A DNA stretch of 64,000 nt from a virus: positions 3,971-67,970 of the IMG/VR virus record IMGVR_UViG_3300033149_002674; one strand, given 5' to 3'. Below, piece by piece: positions 29,629 to 38,768 of this stretch. A model generated the notes under the pieces. It was not told where the DNA came from. It saw nothing but the letters and a program-made list of their open reading frames with translations, and ran no database searches. Positions within the stretch are counted from its first letter, which is position 1. Each line of letters opens with the position of its first letter. The position numbers and the translations under genes are program-made.

Positions 29629-30489
29629 ATGAAGATATCTCTAGTTATCTCTATTAAGAACAGGACCAAGTTATTCTCTAGGTCTATTAAAATGTACAAT
29701 AAACAAACCATCCCCAAAGAAGATTGGGAGATGGTTGTTGTCGATGATATGTCTGATGAAGATGTGTTGGGTACATTAAAGAAACATGCCAAGTTTAACT
29801 GGCAGTATATTAAGATGGATTCTAAGAAGAATGACTTCCCTATTTATTGGGGGCCATCACTTTCAAACAACATAGGCTTCAAGTCTGCGAAGGGTGAGGT
29901 CTTGGTCATCACAGGGCCTGAAATGCTTATGCAGGAAGACGCTCTGGAGATTTCTTATGAGACAGCGATGAAGGGTGTTGCGGCATACGGTCACGTTCTT
30001 CATTCTCATAATAAGTTTGTGAGGTTGATGGATTCAAACCCTGCAATGGAAGAGTATCCATTCAAGCGTTTGTTCGCTCTTCCAACGGCCAAGAATGGTT
30101 ATCCGGATATCACTAAGGATAACTTCTACTGGTTTTGGACTGCGGTTAAGAAAGAAACCATCATCAACATGGGTGGGTGCGATGAAAATCTCATGAAGGG
30201 TATATGCGCTGACGATGATCTATTTGCAGACAAAGCAAGAATGATTGGTTGCGAGCCAGTTCACGAGATGAGAGTTAAGGGTATTCATCAGGAGCACTTG
30301 ACTGCAGATAAGGCTGACCCAAAAAGGATTCGTTGGAATCCAACCTGGGAAAAAGCAAGACATATAAACACTAAGTATTTAGAGGATTGGAGGGCAGACC
30401 CCAATCGCTCAGCTATTTCTAATGAGGGCAGGGACTGGGGTTCCGAAAAGCTTGTTATAGAGAGGGTTGAATCTAAGGAGACAAATTGA
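29629..30489 (+). CDS. Glycosyltransferase, GT2/GT7-like
   Basis: ISLVISIKNR, VVVDDMSD, SNNIGF, GGCDE...GICADDD, HQEH. Confidence 0.8.
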   Translation: MKISLVISIKNRTKLFSRSIKMYNKQTIPKEDWEMVVVDDMSDEDVLGTLKKHAKFNWQYIKMDSKKNDFPIYWGPSLSNNIGFKSAKGEVLVITGPEMLMQEDALEISYETAMKGVAAYGHVLHSHNKFVRLMDSNPAMEEYPFKRLFALPTAKNGYPDITKDNFYWFWTAVKKETIINMGGCDENLMKGICADDDLFADKARMIGCEPVHEMRVKGIHQEHLTADKADPKRIRWNPTWEKARHINTKYLEDWRADPNRSAISNEGRDWGSEKLVIERVESKETN

Positions 30490-31484
30490 AGACAGCAGTA
30501 ATTACAGGCATAACAGGGCAGACAGGTTCATATCTCGCAGAGATCCTTTTAGATAAAGGATACAAGGTTTACGGTCTTCGTAGGCGTGCGTCTACTTTTA
30601 ACACTGAGCGCATTGACCACGTACTAGAAGACCCTCATGTTGATGATAGAGTAGAGCTAGTGTACGGAGATCTTGCGGACTCTTCGTCTATCATTTCGTT
30701 GGTGAACGATACCAAGCCGGAATTGTTCTTCAACATGGCAGCGCAGTCGCATGTTAGAGTCTCATTTGAGATTCCAGAGTACACATTCGACATTGATGCC
30801 ACTGGTGTTGTTAGATGTCTTGATGCATTGCGCAGGTTCTCACCTGAAACTCGATTCGTACAGTCTTCTACATCAGAGCTGTACGGCTCAACGCCAGCTC
30901 CACAGGATGAGAGTACTCCATTCCATCCAAGATCTCCGTATGCAGCTGCAAAGATAGGCGGATACTGGGCTACGGTTAATTATAGAGAAGCATATGGCAT
31001 GCACGCATCCAATTCCATCTCATTTAACCATGAAGGACCACGCAGAGGCGGCACATTTGTGACTAAGAAGATCACTCAGGCAGCTGCACGCATCAAATTC
31101 GGTCTCCAGGATAAGCTGTATCTTGGAAATCTTGATGCAAAGCGTGACTGGTCACATGCAAAGGACGTTGCAAGGGCTCAATACATGATTGCTACAGCTG
31201 ATAAGCCCTGTGATTACGCAATTGGCTCTGGAGAATCGCATTCTGTGAAGGATTTCTTGCACTTGGTGTTTGATAAGATGGGTTTGGATGTTGAAAAGCA
31301 CGTAGAATTCGACCCAAGGTACCTTAGGCCATCAGAAGTTGACCATCTTGAGTGCAATCCAGCCAAGATCAAGTCTGCTTTGGGTTGGGAACCTGAATAT
31401 TCCTTCGATAAACTTGTCGAGGAGATGGTTGAATACGACTTGGAATTAGCAAGGAAAGAAAAGCTACTTAAGGATAACTCATGA
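30486..31484 (+). CDS. gmd: GDP-mannose 4,6-dehydratase
   Basis: GITGQTGSYL, AAQSHVRVSF, SSTSELYG, PRSPYAAAK, FNHE, LGNLDAKRDW, RPSEVD. TTG start after AAGGAG. Confidence 0.96.
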   Translation: MKTAVITGITGQTGSYLAEILLDKGYKVYGLRRRASTFNTERIDHVLEDPHVDDRVELVYGDLADSSSIISLVNDTKPELFFNMAAQSHVRVSFEIPEYTFDIDATGVVRCLDALRRFSPETRFVQSSTSELYGSTPAPQDESTPFHPRSPYAAAKIGGYWATVNYREAYGMHASNSISFNHEGPRRGGTFVTKKITQAAARIKFGLQDKLYLGNLDAKRDWSHAKDVARAQYMIATADKPCDYAIGSGESHSVKDFLHLVFDKMGLDVEKHVEFDPRYLRPSEVDHLECNPAKIKSALGWEPEYSFDKLVEEMVEYDLELARKEKLLKDNS

Positions 31485-32410
31485 AGACAATTTTAGTAAC
31501 AGGTGGTAATGGTTTCTTAGGTAAGCACCTAAAAGAGAAGTTTAGGAAGGCTAAGGCTCTTAATATTATCTATCCATCATCAAAAGAGGTTAATTTACTA
31601 CGTCAAGATGCTGTCATGGACCTATTTGAGCGTGAAAGACCCGATTCAGTGCTCCATATGGCAGCAATTTGCGGCGGAATAGGTGCTAACAAGGAATCTC
31701 CAGCGGATTTCGTCCATCTGAACTCAAAAATGACCTGTAACATCTTCGATGCGGTCCTTAAGTACGGAACTGAATCACTTTACACGCTTGGTTCCGTTTG
31801 TTCGTACCCAAAACACTGTCCAGTGCCTTTTCAGGAGGACGATTTGTGGAATGGGTACCCTGAAGAGACAAATGCTCCCTATGGAACCGCAAAACGACTT
31901 CAATTAGTCATGCAGCAGTCATTCATGCAGCAGTACGGCCTAAAAGGCGCTCATCTCATCCCTGTTAATATGTATGGCGAGCATGATCACTTCGATTTGG
32001 AGAAATCACACGTCATTCCAGCTCTCATTCGTAAATTTGTAGAAGCTAAGGAGAATGGCGACCCAAATGTGACTTGCTGGGGCACTGGCTCTGCAACAAG
32101 AGAGTTTTTGTATGCAGGTGATGCTGCAGAAGCAATATCATATGCTGTACTATCAAACTTCTCAAATCCTGAGCCAATTAACTTAGGTGTTGGTTATGAT
32201 ATCTCTATTAAAGATCTGGCTACTAAAATATCTGATATAATAGGTTATGAAGGAGATATTATCTGGGACACAACTAAACCAGACGGTCAGCCTAAGCGAA
32301 TGTTGGATGTATCACGGGCTGAGGAGCTACTAGGATTTAAAGCTTCGACCTCTTTTGATGATGGATTGCGCAAGACCATTGAATGGTACATGTATAACCA
32401 AGTAGGATAA
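31481..32410 (+). CDS. fcl: GDP-L-fucose synthase (GDP-4-keto-6-deoxymannose epimerase/reductase)
   Basis: GGNGFLG, CGGIGAN, GSVCSYPK, PEETNAPYGTAK, SHVIPALIRK, WGTGSATREFLY, KPDGQPKR; directly follows gmd. Confidence 0.93.
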   Translation: MKTILVTGGNGFLGKHLKEKFRKAKALNIIYPSSKEVNLLRQDAVMDLFERERPDSVLHMAAICGGIGANKESPADFVHLNSKMTCNIFDAVLKYGTESLYTLGSVCSYPKHCPVPFQEDDLWNGYPEETNAPYGTAKRLQLVMQQSFMQQYGLKGAHLIPVNMYGEHDHFDLEKSHVIPALIRKFVEAKENGDPNVTCWGTGSATREFLYAGDAAEAISYAVLSNFSNPEPINLGVGYDISIKDLATKISDIIGYEGDIIWDTTKPDGQPKRMLDVSRAEELLGFKASTSFDDGLRKTIEWYMYNQVG

Positions 32411-32412
32411 TT

Positions 32413-33726
32413 ATGGGATTGATCTCAGTTAAAGAATTTGATTTTGCGGCTAAAACTAACAAGGCACAAGTAGAAGTGCAAGAGCCTGTTAAGGAGCCAG
32501 AATCGCAAGAAGACTCCGAAGAAGAGCTAATAGACTATGTTCTTAAGAACAAAATCTCTGATTTCGTCATGGACGATGCGGAGGAAAAGTACGAAGAGGT
32601 TCCTATTGACTATGGCGCATTCAAGCCAAGGGGCAGGAAGTCAAACATGCTGCACAAGATTAAGAATACATATAAGTCAAAGCCTAGACTTCATAAGTAT
32701 GAGGAAAATCTTCTGATTAAGCTAATGAAGGATTCACTTAAGTCTGGAGACCCTGAGTTTGTAGATAAGGTGAACGAGGCTGGACTTCATGCTATTAAGA
32801 ACTCCAGAACATCAATTACTCATAATGATAGAACTCTTAAAAACATATGTCGAGAGCTTGTTGTAGATGAGTTCAATCAAAAGGTTGAGCCATCTATGTT
32901 GGTTGAGCTATCTAATAGGCTAAGGTCTAATTCTGGGTCTCCTAATGATAGGGGAGCTTTAGAGTCATTATACTTATGGGATAAGTATAATCCAATATCT
33001 GATGAAGATAAGAAGCATATTGAAGAGTATACTGGACCAATGGGGTTGTCTACATCTGGAGTTAAGATGTCTGAGCCTGTTGATATAAAGGACGAAGAGT
33101 TGAAGATAGCGGTTATCAAGAATGCTAGTGCAACAGACCGTGGCGAAAAGACAGAGTTCATCGATAGAGATCCTGATATTGTTAAGGTTATGAATCATCT
33201 GACTGGCAGGGACGTTCCAAAGGAAACGGGATTGCCTCCTGCTCAAATACCTGAGATCAAAAAGCCAGTAGTTAATAAGTCTACACTAAAAGATTCTCTT
33301 TCAGTTAGTGAAGCTGTTGACCTTTTGAATAAAGCTAAGGAAAAAGAAATGCCTGAAGTTAAGATAGATGCAGATACGTTCGCTATGGGCGAGTGGAAAG
33401 AAGATATCAAAGAGATTAAGGATGACTTAAAGAAGAACATTAAGTCACAGGTTCGCTCTAGAACTTGGTCTTCAGATGAAGAGTGGTTTAACTCGCCTGA
33501 GGCTAAGGGTCAGCTAAGAGCTATGCCTTCTGAGCCTCCACCAAAGCCATCAGAACTTGTCCGTGAAGCGGTTGAGTCTAAGAAGGAAAACATCATGGAG
33601 ATCCAGGAGAAAAATCTGGCAGAAGCACATGCGAAGATGCTTGCGGCTCAAAGAGAGTATGCACAGCAGAAAAAGGTACTTAATGATTTGTACGAGTCAT
33701 TTAATGTACCAACTATAGAAGAATAA
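32413..33726 (+). CDS. Hypothetical Glu/Lys-rich protein
   Basis: 437-aa ORF with an AGGA RBS between fcl and rmlB. Highly charged, with a coiled-coil-like C-terminus and no recognisable motif. Confidence 0.55.
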   Translation: MGLISVKEFDFAAKTNKAQVEVQEPVKEPESQEDSEEELIDYVLKNKISDFVMDDAEEKYEEVPIDYGAFKPRGRKSNMLHKIKNTYKSKPRLHKYEENLLIKLMKDSLKSGDPEFVDKVNEAGLHAIKNSRTSITHNDRTLKNICRELVVDEFNQKVEPSMLVELSNRLRSNSGSPNDRGALESLYLWDKYNPISDEDKKHIEEYTGPMGLSTSGVKMSEPVDIKDEELKIAVIKNASATDRGEKTEFIDRDPDIVKVMNHLTGRDVPKETGLPPAQIPEIKKPVVNKSTLKDSLSVSEAVDLLNKAKEKEMPEVKIDADTFAMGEWKEDIKEIKDDLKKNIKSQVRSRTWSSDEEWFNSPEAKGQLRAMPSEPPPKPSELVREAVESKKENIMEIQEKNLAEAHAKMLAAQREYAQQKKVLNDLYESFNVPTIEE

Positions 33727-33733
33727 GGATAAT

Positions 33734-34696
33734 ATGAGTAAGAAAAAGATTCTTGTTACAGGGACCGGTGGGTTCATATTTTCAAACTTTATTAGGAGAG
33801 CTTTCCATAATAAGGAGAACTTTAACTTTGTCTCGCTAGATAAAATTAGGAAGTCTCATACGCTTCACAATATCTACATTAACAAGTCTCACCAATTTTA
33901 TCCGGTAGACGTTTCAGACCCACACTTCGTAAACGTAGTGTTTGAAACTGAGCGTCCTGATATCGTAATTCATGGTGCTGCCGAGTCTTTCGTTGATTCA
34001 TCGATTGATAATGCAGCACCATTTATTACATCAAATGTAATGGGAACTCAGGTCATCATTGATGCCTGTGTAAAGTGGGGAGTTGAAAAGCTTGTTTACA
34101 TATCCACTGACGAGGTGTACGGCCATCTTACAGATGAGTCAGCTCCTGCTTGGACTGAGGATTCACCTCTCAATCCAAGAAACCCATACGCAGCTTCTAA
34201 GGCTTCAGGAGAGCTTTTGGTTAAGGCTGCTCATGAGACACACGGGCTAACTTACAACATCACCAGATCTTGTAACAACTACGGCCCATGGCAGGACCCA
34301 GAGAAGTTCTTACCAAAGATGATTATGAAGATTGTTTCTGGCGAGAAGGTTCCAGTTTATGGACAGGGCCTTCAGATTAGAGACTGGATGCACGTCTTTG
34401 ATAACTGCGAAGCTATAATGAAGGTAGTTAAAGAAGGTAAGGATAATGAAACTTATAATATCGCAGCTAATCAAGAACTTCCAAATATAGAAGTATTTCA
34501 AAGAGTTTGCAATACTTTAGGTAAAGGTCATGATTTAATTGAATTTGTTAAGGATAGGCCAGGACATGACTTTAGATATTCTATAGATGCAACAAAGTTA
34601 AAAAACTTAGGTTGGGAACCAGAATTTAAGTTTAATGATGGTATAGTACAAACTGCACAATGGTATCTTAATAATCAGTGGTTCTTTAGACTTTAA
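33734..34696 (+). CDS. rmlB: dTDP-glucose 4,6-dehydratase
   Basis: VTGTGGFI, AAESFVD, STDEVYG, PYAASK, NNYGPWQ, RDWMHV, DRPGHDFRY. Confidence 0.92.
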   Translation: MSKKKILVTGTGGFIFSNFIRRAFHNKENFNFVSLDKIRKSHTLHNIYINKSHQFYPVDVSDPHFVNVVFETERPDIVIHGAAESFVDSSIDNAAPFITSNVMGTQVIIDACVKWGVEKLVYISTDEVYGHLTDESAPAWTEDSPLNPRNPYAASKASGELLVKAAHETHGLTYNITRSCNNYGPWQDPEKFLPKMIMKIVSGEKVPVYGQGLQIRDWMHVFDNCEAIMKVVKEGKDNETYNIAANQELPNIEVFQRVCNTLGKGHDLIEFVKDRPGHDFRYSIDATKLKNLGWEPEFKFNDGIVQTAQWYLNNQWFFRL

Positions 34697-34760
34697 TGGT
34701 CGAGAGCCATGAACCGATAAACATTAAAATGTAGTTTGATAATATCAGACAGGAGAATTT

Positions 34761-36146
34761 ATGAGTGTTACTAGTACTAAAGAAGATGTTGATAGAGAGA
34801 ATCTCGCAGACGATGTTTCTGATGAAAAAGTAGAGAAATCTCAAGAAGAAATTGATAATGAGGTTCTTGCCCGCCTGCAGGCTCGCAAGGCTAAGGCTGA
34901 GGCTAAAAACGAACCACAAGGAGAAGAAGTGCCACCAAAGATAGTAGATGAGAAGACCCGTTCCATTTCCATGGGTGTTATTGGTTCCGGTCAGGCTGGC
35001 TCACGTATTGCTGAGTGTTTTTACAAGCAGGGCTATGACACTGTTGTTGTGAACACTGCACAGCAGGATCTTCAGTTCATTGATGTTCCAGAGTCTAATA
35101 AGCTCTTGCTTGAGCATGGACTTGGCGGTGCTGCTAAGGACTTGGACATGGGAGCTGATGCTGCCGAAGCTTATAGGGATTCAATTAATGAAATTGTCAA
35201 TGCAAAACTTGGACACAATCAGATGCTTCTCTTCTGTACCTCCTTGGGCGGCGGCTCTGGTGCTGGATCAGCTGAGACTATTGTTAACATTCTTTCTAGC
35301 CTTGAATGCCCAGTAGCGGTCATCACAGTCCTTCCACAGACTTCTGACGACGCTCAGACAAAGCACAACGCAATTGTAACTCTTTCCAAGTTCACCAAGA
35401 TGGCTCAGGATAGAGTTATTGATAACCTTATCGTTGTTGACAATGCTAAGATCGAGTCCATCTATTCAGATGTTGGTCAGATGCAGTTCTTCGGTGTATC
35501 CAATAAGGCAATCACTGATCCTATCGATGCGTTCAACACACTTTCATCCAAGCCATCTTCTGTGAAGAGCCTTGACCCAACTGAGTTTGGTAAGCTTTTC
35601 ACTGACGGCCAGGGTCTCACAACCTACGGTTACATGGACGTTCCTAACTATGATGACGTTGATGCGCTCGCAGGAGCAATCATCGACAACCTTGACGGAA
35701 CACTTCTAGCTGGCGGCTTCGACCTTAAGCAGACTCGTTATGCTGGCGTTATCTTCGCTGCATCTCAGAAGGTTTGGGAGCGTATTCCACAGGCTGCAAC
35801 CAACTACGCAATGGCAATGGTTAATGAGGCATGCGGAACTCCACTCGGCGTTTTTAAAGGTATCTACACCATTGATACCGATGAGGATGTTGTAAAGGTT
35901 TACTCTATGTTCTCAGGTCTTGGTCTTCCAGAAGATCGTGTTAAGCAGCTCAAGTCTGAGGCTAAGGAGCGCATGAAGCAGTCCGACGCCAAGGATGAGA
36001 GCAGAAACCTCTCACTTAAGCTTGATGCTGAAGATGCTGGAATGTCAGAGACAGACCGTATCAAGAAGAGAGTCAATGCGAAGAAGTCCAAGACTGGCGG
36101 TCTTGGAAAGCTCAATCGACTAGCAATCGATAGACGCCGTAAGTAA
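34761..36146 (+). CDS. Tubulin/FtsZ-family GTPase (PhuZ/TubZ-like)
   Basis: VIGSGQAGSRIA, GGAAKD, tubulin signature LGGGSGAG, VVDN, LDPTE. Acidic N-terminal extension and basic C-terminal tail. AGGAG RBS. Confidence 0.88.
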   Translation: MSVTSTKEDVDRENLADDVSDEKVEKSQEEIDNEVLARLQARKAKAEAKNEPQGEEVPPKIVDEKTRSISMGVIGSGQAGSRIAECFYKQGYDTVVVNTAQQDLQFIDVPESNKLLLEHGLGGAAKDLDMGADAAEAYRDSINEIVNAKLGHNQMLLFCTSLGGGSGAGSAETIVNILSSLECPVAVITVLPQTSDDAQTKHNAIVTLSKFTKMAQDRVIDNLIVVDNAKIESIYSDVGQMQFFGVSNKAITDPIDAFNTLSSKPSSVKSLDPTEFGKLFTDGQGLTTYGYMDVPNYDDVDALAGAIIDNLDGTLLAGGFDLKQTRYAGVIFAASQKVWERIPQAATNYAMAMVNEACGTPLGVFKGIYTIDTDEDVVKVYSMFSGLGLPEDRVKQLKSEAKERMKQSDAKDESRNLSLKLDAEDAGMSETDRIKKRVNAKKSKTGGLGKLNRLAIDRRRK

Positions 36147-36170
36147 TAAGGCCTAATCGCAGAGGGTAGA

Positions 36171-36200
36171 GGGGCTGGGCATTGCCTGGCCCTTTTTATT
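36171..36200 (+). terminator. Rho-independent terminator after the tubulin gene
   Basis: Hairpin GGGCTGGGC-ATT-GCCTGGCCC followed by TTTTTATT. Confidence 0.7.
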
Positions 36201-36218
36201 TGCACCAATTGCAGGAGA

Positions 36219-37706
36219 ATGATGATCAAGATAATAAAATACGACAATGTATGCCAGATATTAAACGAAGACGATGACACGAGACGCAAAGCACTAGACC
36301 TCCATCTTTCATATAAGATCCAAGGTGCAGAACATTCAAAGGCCTTCAAAGGTTACATCAACCAGAGAGGCGAAGAGGTAACCTGGGATGGGCGCAAACA
36401 TCTACTTAAGTCTAATCTTAAGTTTCCTATTGGGCTCATTCAACGTGTCTGTGAGTTCTATGACGCCAGAGACGTGGAGTACGAACTGGATGACCAAAGA
36501 AGATTGGTTACAGAAAAGAACCCAATAGATCTTCTCCCTATTCTAAAAGAGGGAGGAAAGATTCCTCGTGACTACCAGATGAAAGCTGTCGAGAACGCTG
36601 CATCTGTGAACAGAGGAATTATCCGCATCGCTACAGGCGGCGGTAAAACGATAGTCGCAGCTCTACTTACAGCTGCCTTAGGTAAGCCTACCATGATTTA
36701 CGTCATCGGTAAAGACCTTTTGTACCAAATCCACGGCTTATTTTCGTCCCTCTTCGATGAGCCAATCGGACTTATCGGAGACGGAAAGTGCGAAATCCAT
36801 AGGATAAACGTCGCTACGATATGGTCCGTAGGAAAGTCTTTAGGAATCAAAGACTCTACAACAGACGAAGATTCTACGAAGGAAAAGGATATCTCCAAGG
36901 ATAAATTCAGGGAGATAAAGACAATGCTTCTAGATTCTAGAGTCCATATTCTAGACGAGTGTCATTTGGCTGCGTGTGAAACTGTGCAAGCTATTTCCCA
37001 TCACGTCAAAGCAGAGCACTTTTACGGTATGTCTGCTTCTCCTTGGCGAGACGATGGTTCGGATATGCTTATCGAATCAGTTTTAGGCAGGAAGGTCGTA
37101 GATATCTCTGCGAAATATCTTGTTGAAAAAGGCTTCCTCGTAAAGCCAGCAATCAGATTCTTGGCTGTTCCACCTTACACTGGAGCCAAAAAAGCAGCGT
37201 ACAAAACTGTCTACAAGAATTACATCACTGTTAACGCAGCTCGAAATAACATGATCTGCACCGCAGCTGAGAAACTTGTCGAGCAGGGCTTCAAGACTCT
37301 CGTACTTTTCAAGACGAAAGCTCACGGGCAGAGATTACACGAAATGATTTCTGAGAAAGTATCCTGTGAGATTCTAAACGGTGACGACAAGTTCGAAGTC
37401 AGGAAAGAAGTTTGCGACAAGCTAAACAATGGAGAGATAGACTGCATTGTGGCTTCTACCATCTTTGACATCGGAGTAGACCTTCCATCTTTATCTGCGC
37501 TTGTAATTGGCGGAGGTGGAAAATCTTCTGTTCGAGCCCTCCAGCGCGTGGGCCGTGTAATTAGGAAGCATCCTGGAAAGACAATCGCTCCAGTTATCGA
37601 CTTCGCAGATCAAGCACCGTATCTGTTAAATCACTCACTAATGAGAAAAGAAATTCTAGAAGAGGAATTCGAGGTAGAATGGCCGCAAGAAAAGCAAGAA
37701 CAATAA
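36219..37706 (+). CDS. Superfamily 2 DExH helicase (UvsW-like)
   Basis: RDYQ, ATGGGKT, DECH, SASP, GVDLP, QRVGRVIR. Confidence 0.9.
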   Translation: MMIKIIKYDNVCQILNEDDDTRRKALDLHLSYKIQGAEHSKAFKGYINQRGEEVTWDGRKHLLKSNLKFPIGLIQRVCEFYDARDVEYELDDQRRLVTEKNPIDLLPILKEGGKIPRDYQMKAVENAASVNRGIIRIATGGGKTIVAALLTAALGKPTMIYVIGKDLLYQIHGLFSSLFDEPIGLIGDGKCEIHRINVATIWSVGKSLGIKDSTTDEDSTKEKDISKDKFREIKTMLLDSRVHILDECHLAACETVQAISHHVKAEHFYGMSASPWRDDGSDMLIESVLGRKVVDISAKYLVEKGFLVKPAIRFLAVPPYTGAKKAAYKTVYKNYITVNAARNNMICTAAEKLVEQGFKTLVLFKTKAHGQRLHEMISEKVSCEILNGDDKFEVRKEVCDKLNNGEIDCIVASTIFDIGVDLPSLSALVIGGGGKSSVRALQRVGRVIRKHPGKTIAPVIDFADQAPYLLNHSLMRKEILEEEFEVEWPQEKQEQ

Positions 37707-38338
37707 GCTTGGTTCCGGATAAGGTGAAGAAGCCTTCAGGTTTGAAGAAGGATGGAACACCTAACGCTTCTTGGAGGAAGTTTAAGGAACGCTTAGATTC
37801 GTACACCGATACTCCAGTTGCAAACTGGGGACCGGACCAAGCTTTAGGTCATCTTTTTAAGAGATACACAGATCATTTCGATATTGATTTCTCGCTCTCA
37901 TACTCTGGCCCTCCATCCAAGTGCTCAGAGATTTACTGCACGAAGCGTATGATGTCTATGCTTGGTGGAGAGAATCCAGATATGAAGATGGTTAAGGAGT
38001 TTATTGATTGGTCTTTTGACTCAGTAATCATTCCTAAGAAGCTTCAGATAGAGTCACTTGCATTCTTCTTCGCTGCAAAGCTCGTAAGAGAATTCAAGGC
38101 CAAGTACAAGAAGGCTAAGACTATTACAAGAGCTACTAAGCTGCCTGTTCTTATCGAGCAGATTGCAGAAGACCACGGCTTGGATGATTCCATCACTACT
38201 TATGGTGAACTAGCGTTCGCTAAGAAGGCAGTAGATGCAGATCCAGAGAATGGCTCTTACAAGATTTATCATGAGTTTTTCACATCCCTCACTCAGGAAG
38301 GGTTTGATTACTCAGTCCTACAATCATTAGAAGGATAA
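37679..38338 (+). CDS. Hypothetical protein in the replication module
   Basis: 219-aa helical ORF between the SF2 helicase and the DnaC/DnaB genes. Confidence 0.55.
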   Translation: MAARKARTISLVPDKVKKPSGLKKDGTPNASWRKFKERLDSYTDTPVANWGPDQALGHLFKRYTDHFDIDFSLSYSGPPSKCSEIYCTKRMMSMLGGENPDMKMVKEFIDWSFDSVIIPKKLQIESLAFFFAAKLVREFKAKYKKAKTITRATKLPVLIEQIAEDHGLDDSITTYGELAFAKKAVDADPENGSYKIYHEFFTSLTQEGFDYSVLQSLEG

Positions 38339-38339
38339 T

Positions 38340-38768
38340 ATGCAGCCCCAGCAGGGTTCTTACGTAAAGGTTTGTTTTAATAATGGGTTAGTTGAATGCG
38401 GAACTGTAGCATCTTGGAATGATACCGAGATAGTTCTGGAAACAATTGACTCTATGATAGTTATTAAGAATCCACAGGATATCTTTATCTATAAGATATT
38501 CAAGGACAAGCCTGACCATAAGCCGCCAGTATCTGATGTCTATGTAGATAAGGAGCTGACGCCAACAGAATATGTTCGAGACCCTGCCCTGCGAGCCCTC
38601 AATATCTACGAACTAAGAAAAGAAGTTCAAGCAGAGGAAGAACAGAGAGCTAGAGAAAAGCTCACGGAATTTAGACCGTCAGGCAACGGAGTACCAGTAC
38701 AATATGGAAACATTGAATTACTCAGAGACAAATCCATTCTTCGGGATACCGCAGAAGAAGATAAATAA
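38340..38768 (+). CDS. Hypothetical protein with an Sm/Hfq-like N-terminal motif
   Basis: VKVCFNNGLVECGTVASWNDTEIVL matches the spacing of the Sm1 motif. Confidence 0.45.
   Translation: MQPQQGSYVKVCFNNGLVECGTVASWNDTEIVLETIDSMIVIKNPQDIFIYKIFKDKPDHKPPVSDVYVDKELTPTEYVRDPALRALNIYELRKEVQAEEEQRAREKLTEFRPSGNGVPVQYGNIELLRDKSILRDTAEEDK

Noticed and set aside
18588-34696. Host LPS/capsule locus or eukaryotic giant virus origin
   Set aside because: There are no transport or polymerase genes, and the cluster overlaps directly with the phage HNH gene. Shine-Dalgarno motifs, a sigma factor and intrinsic terminators indicate a prokaryotic virus.
34430-34760. AT-rich patch at the end of rmlB as a replication origin
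   Set aside because: It is mostly coding, with no iterons or DnaA-box arrays visible. A compositional impression alone is not enough.
34761-36146. Cellular ftsZ
   Set aside because: It has GGGSGAG rather than the usual FtsZ GGGTGTG, lacks the NxDFAD motif and the FtsZ C-terminal core peptide, and has no dcw cluster context. No gene symbol was assigned.
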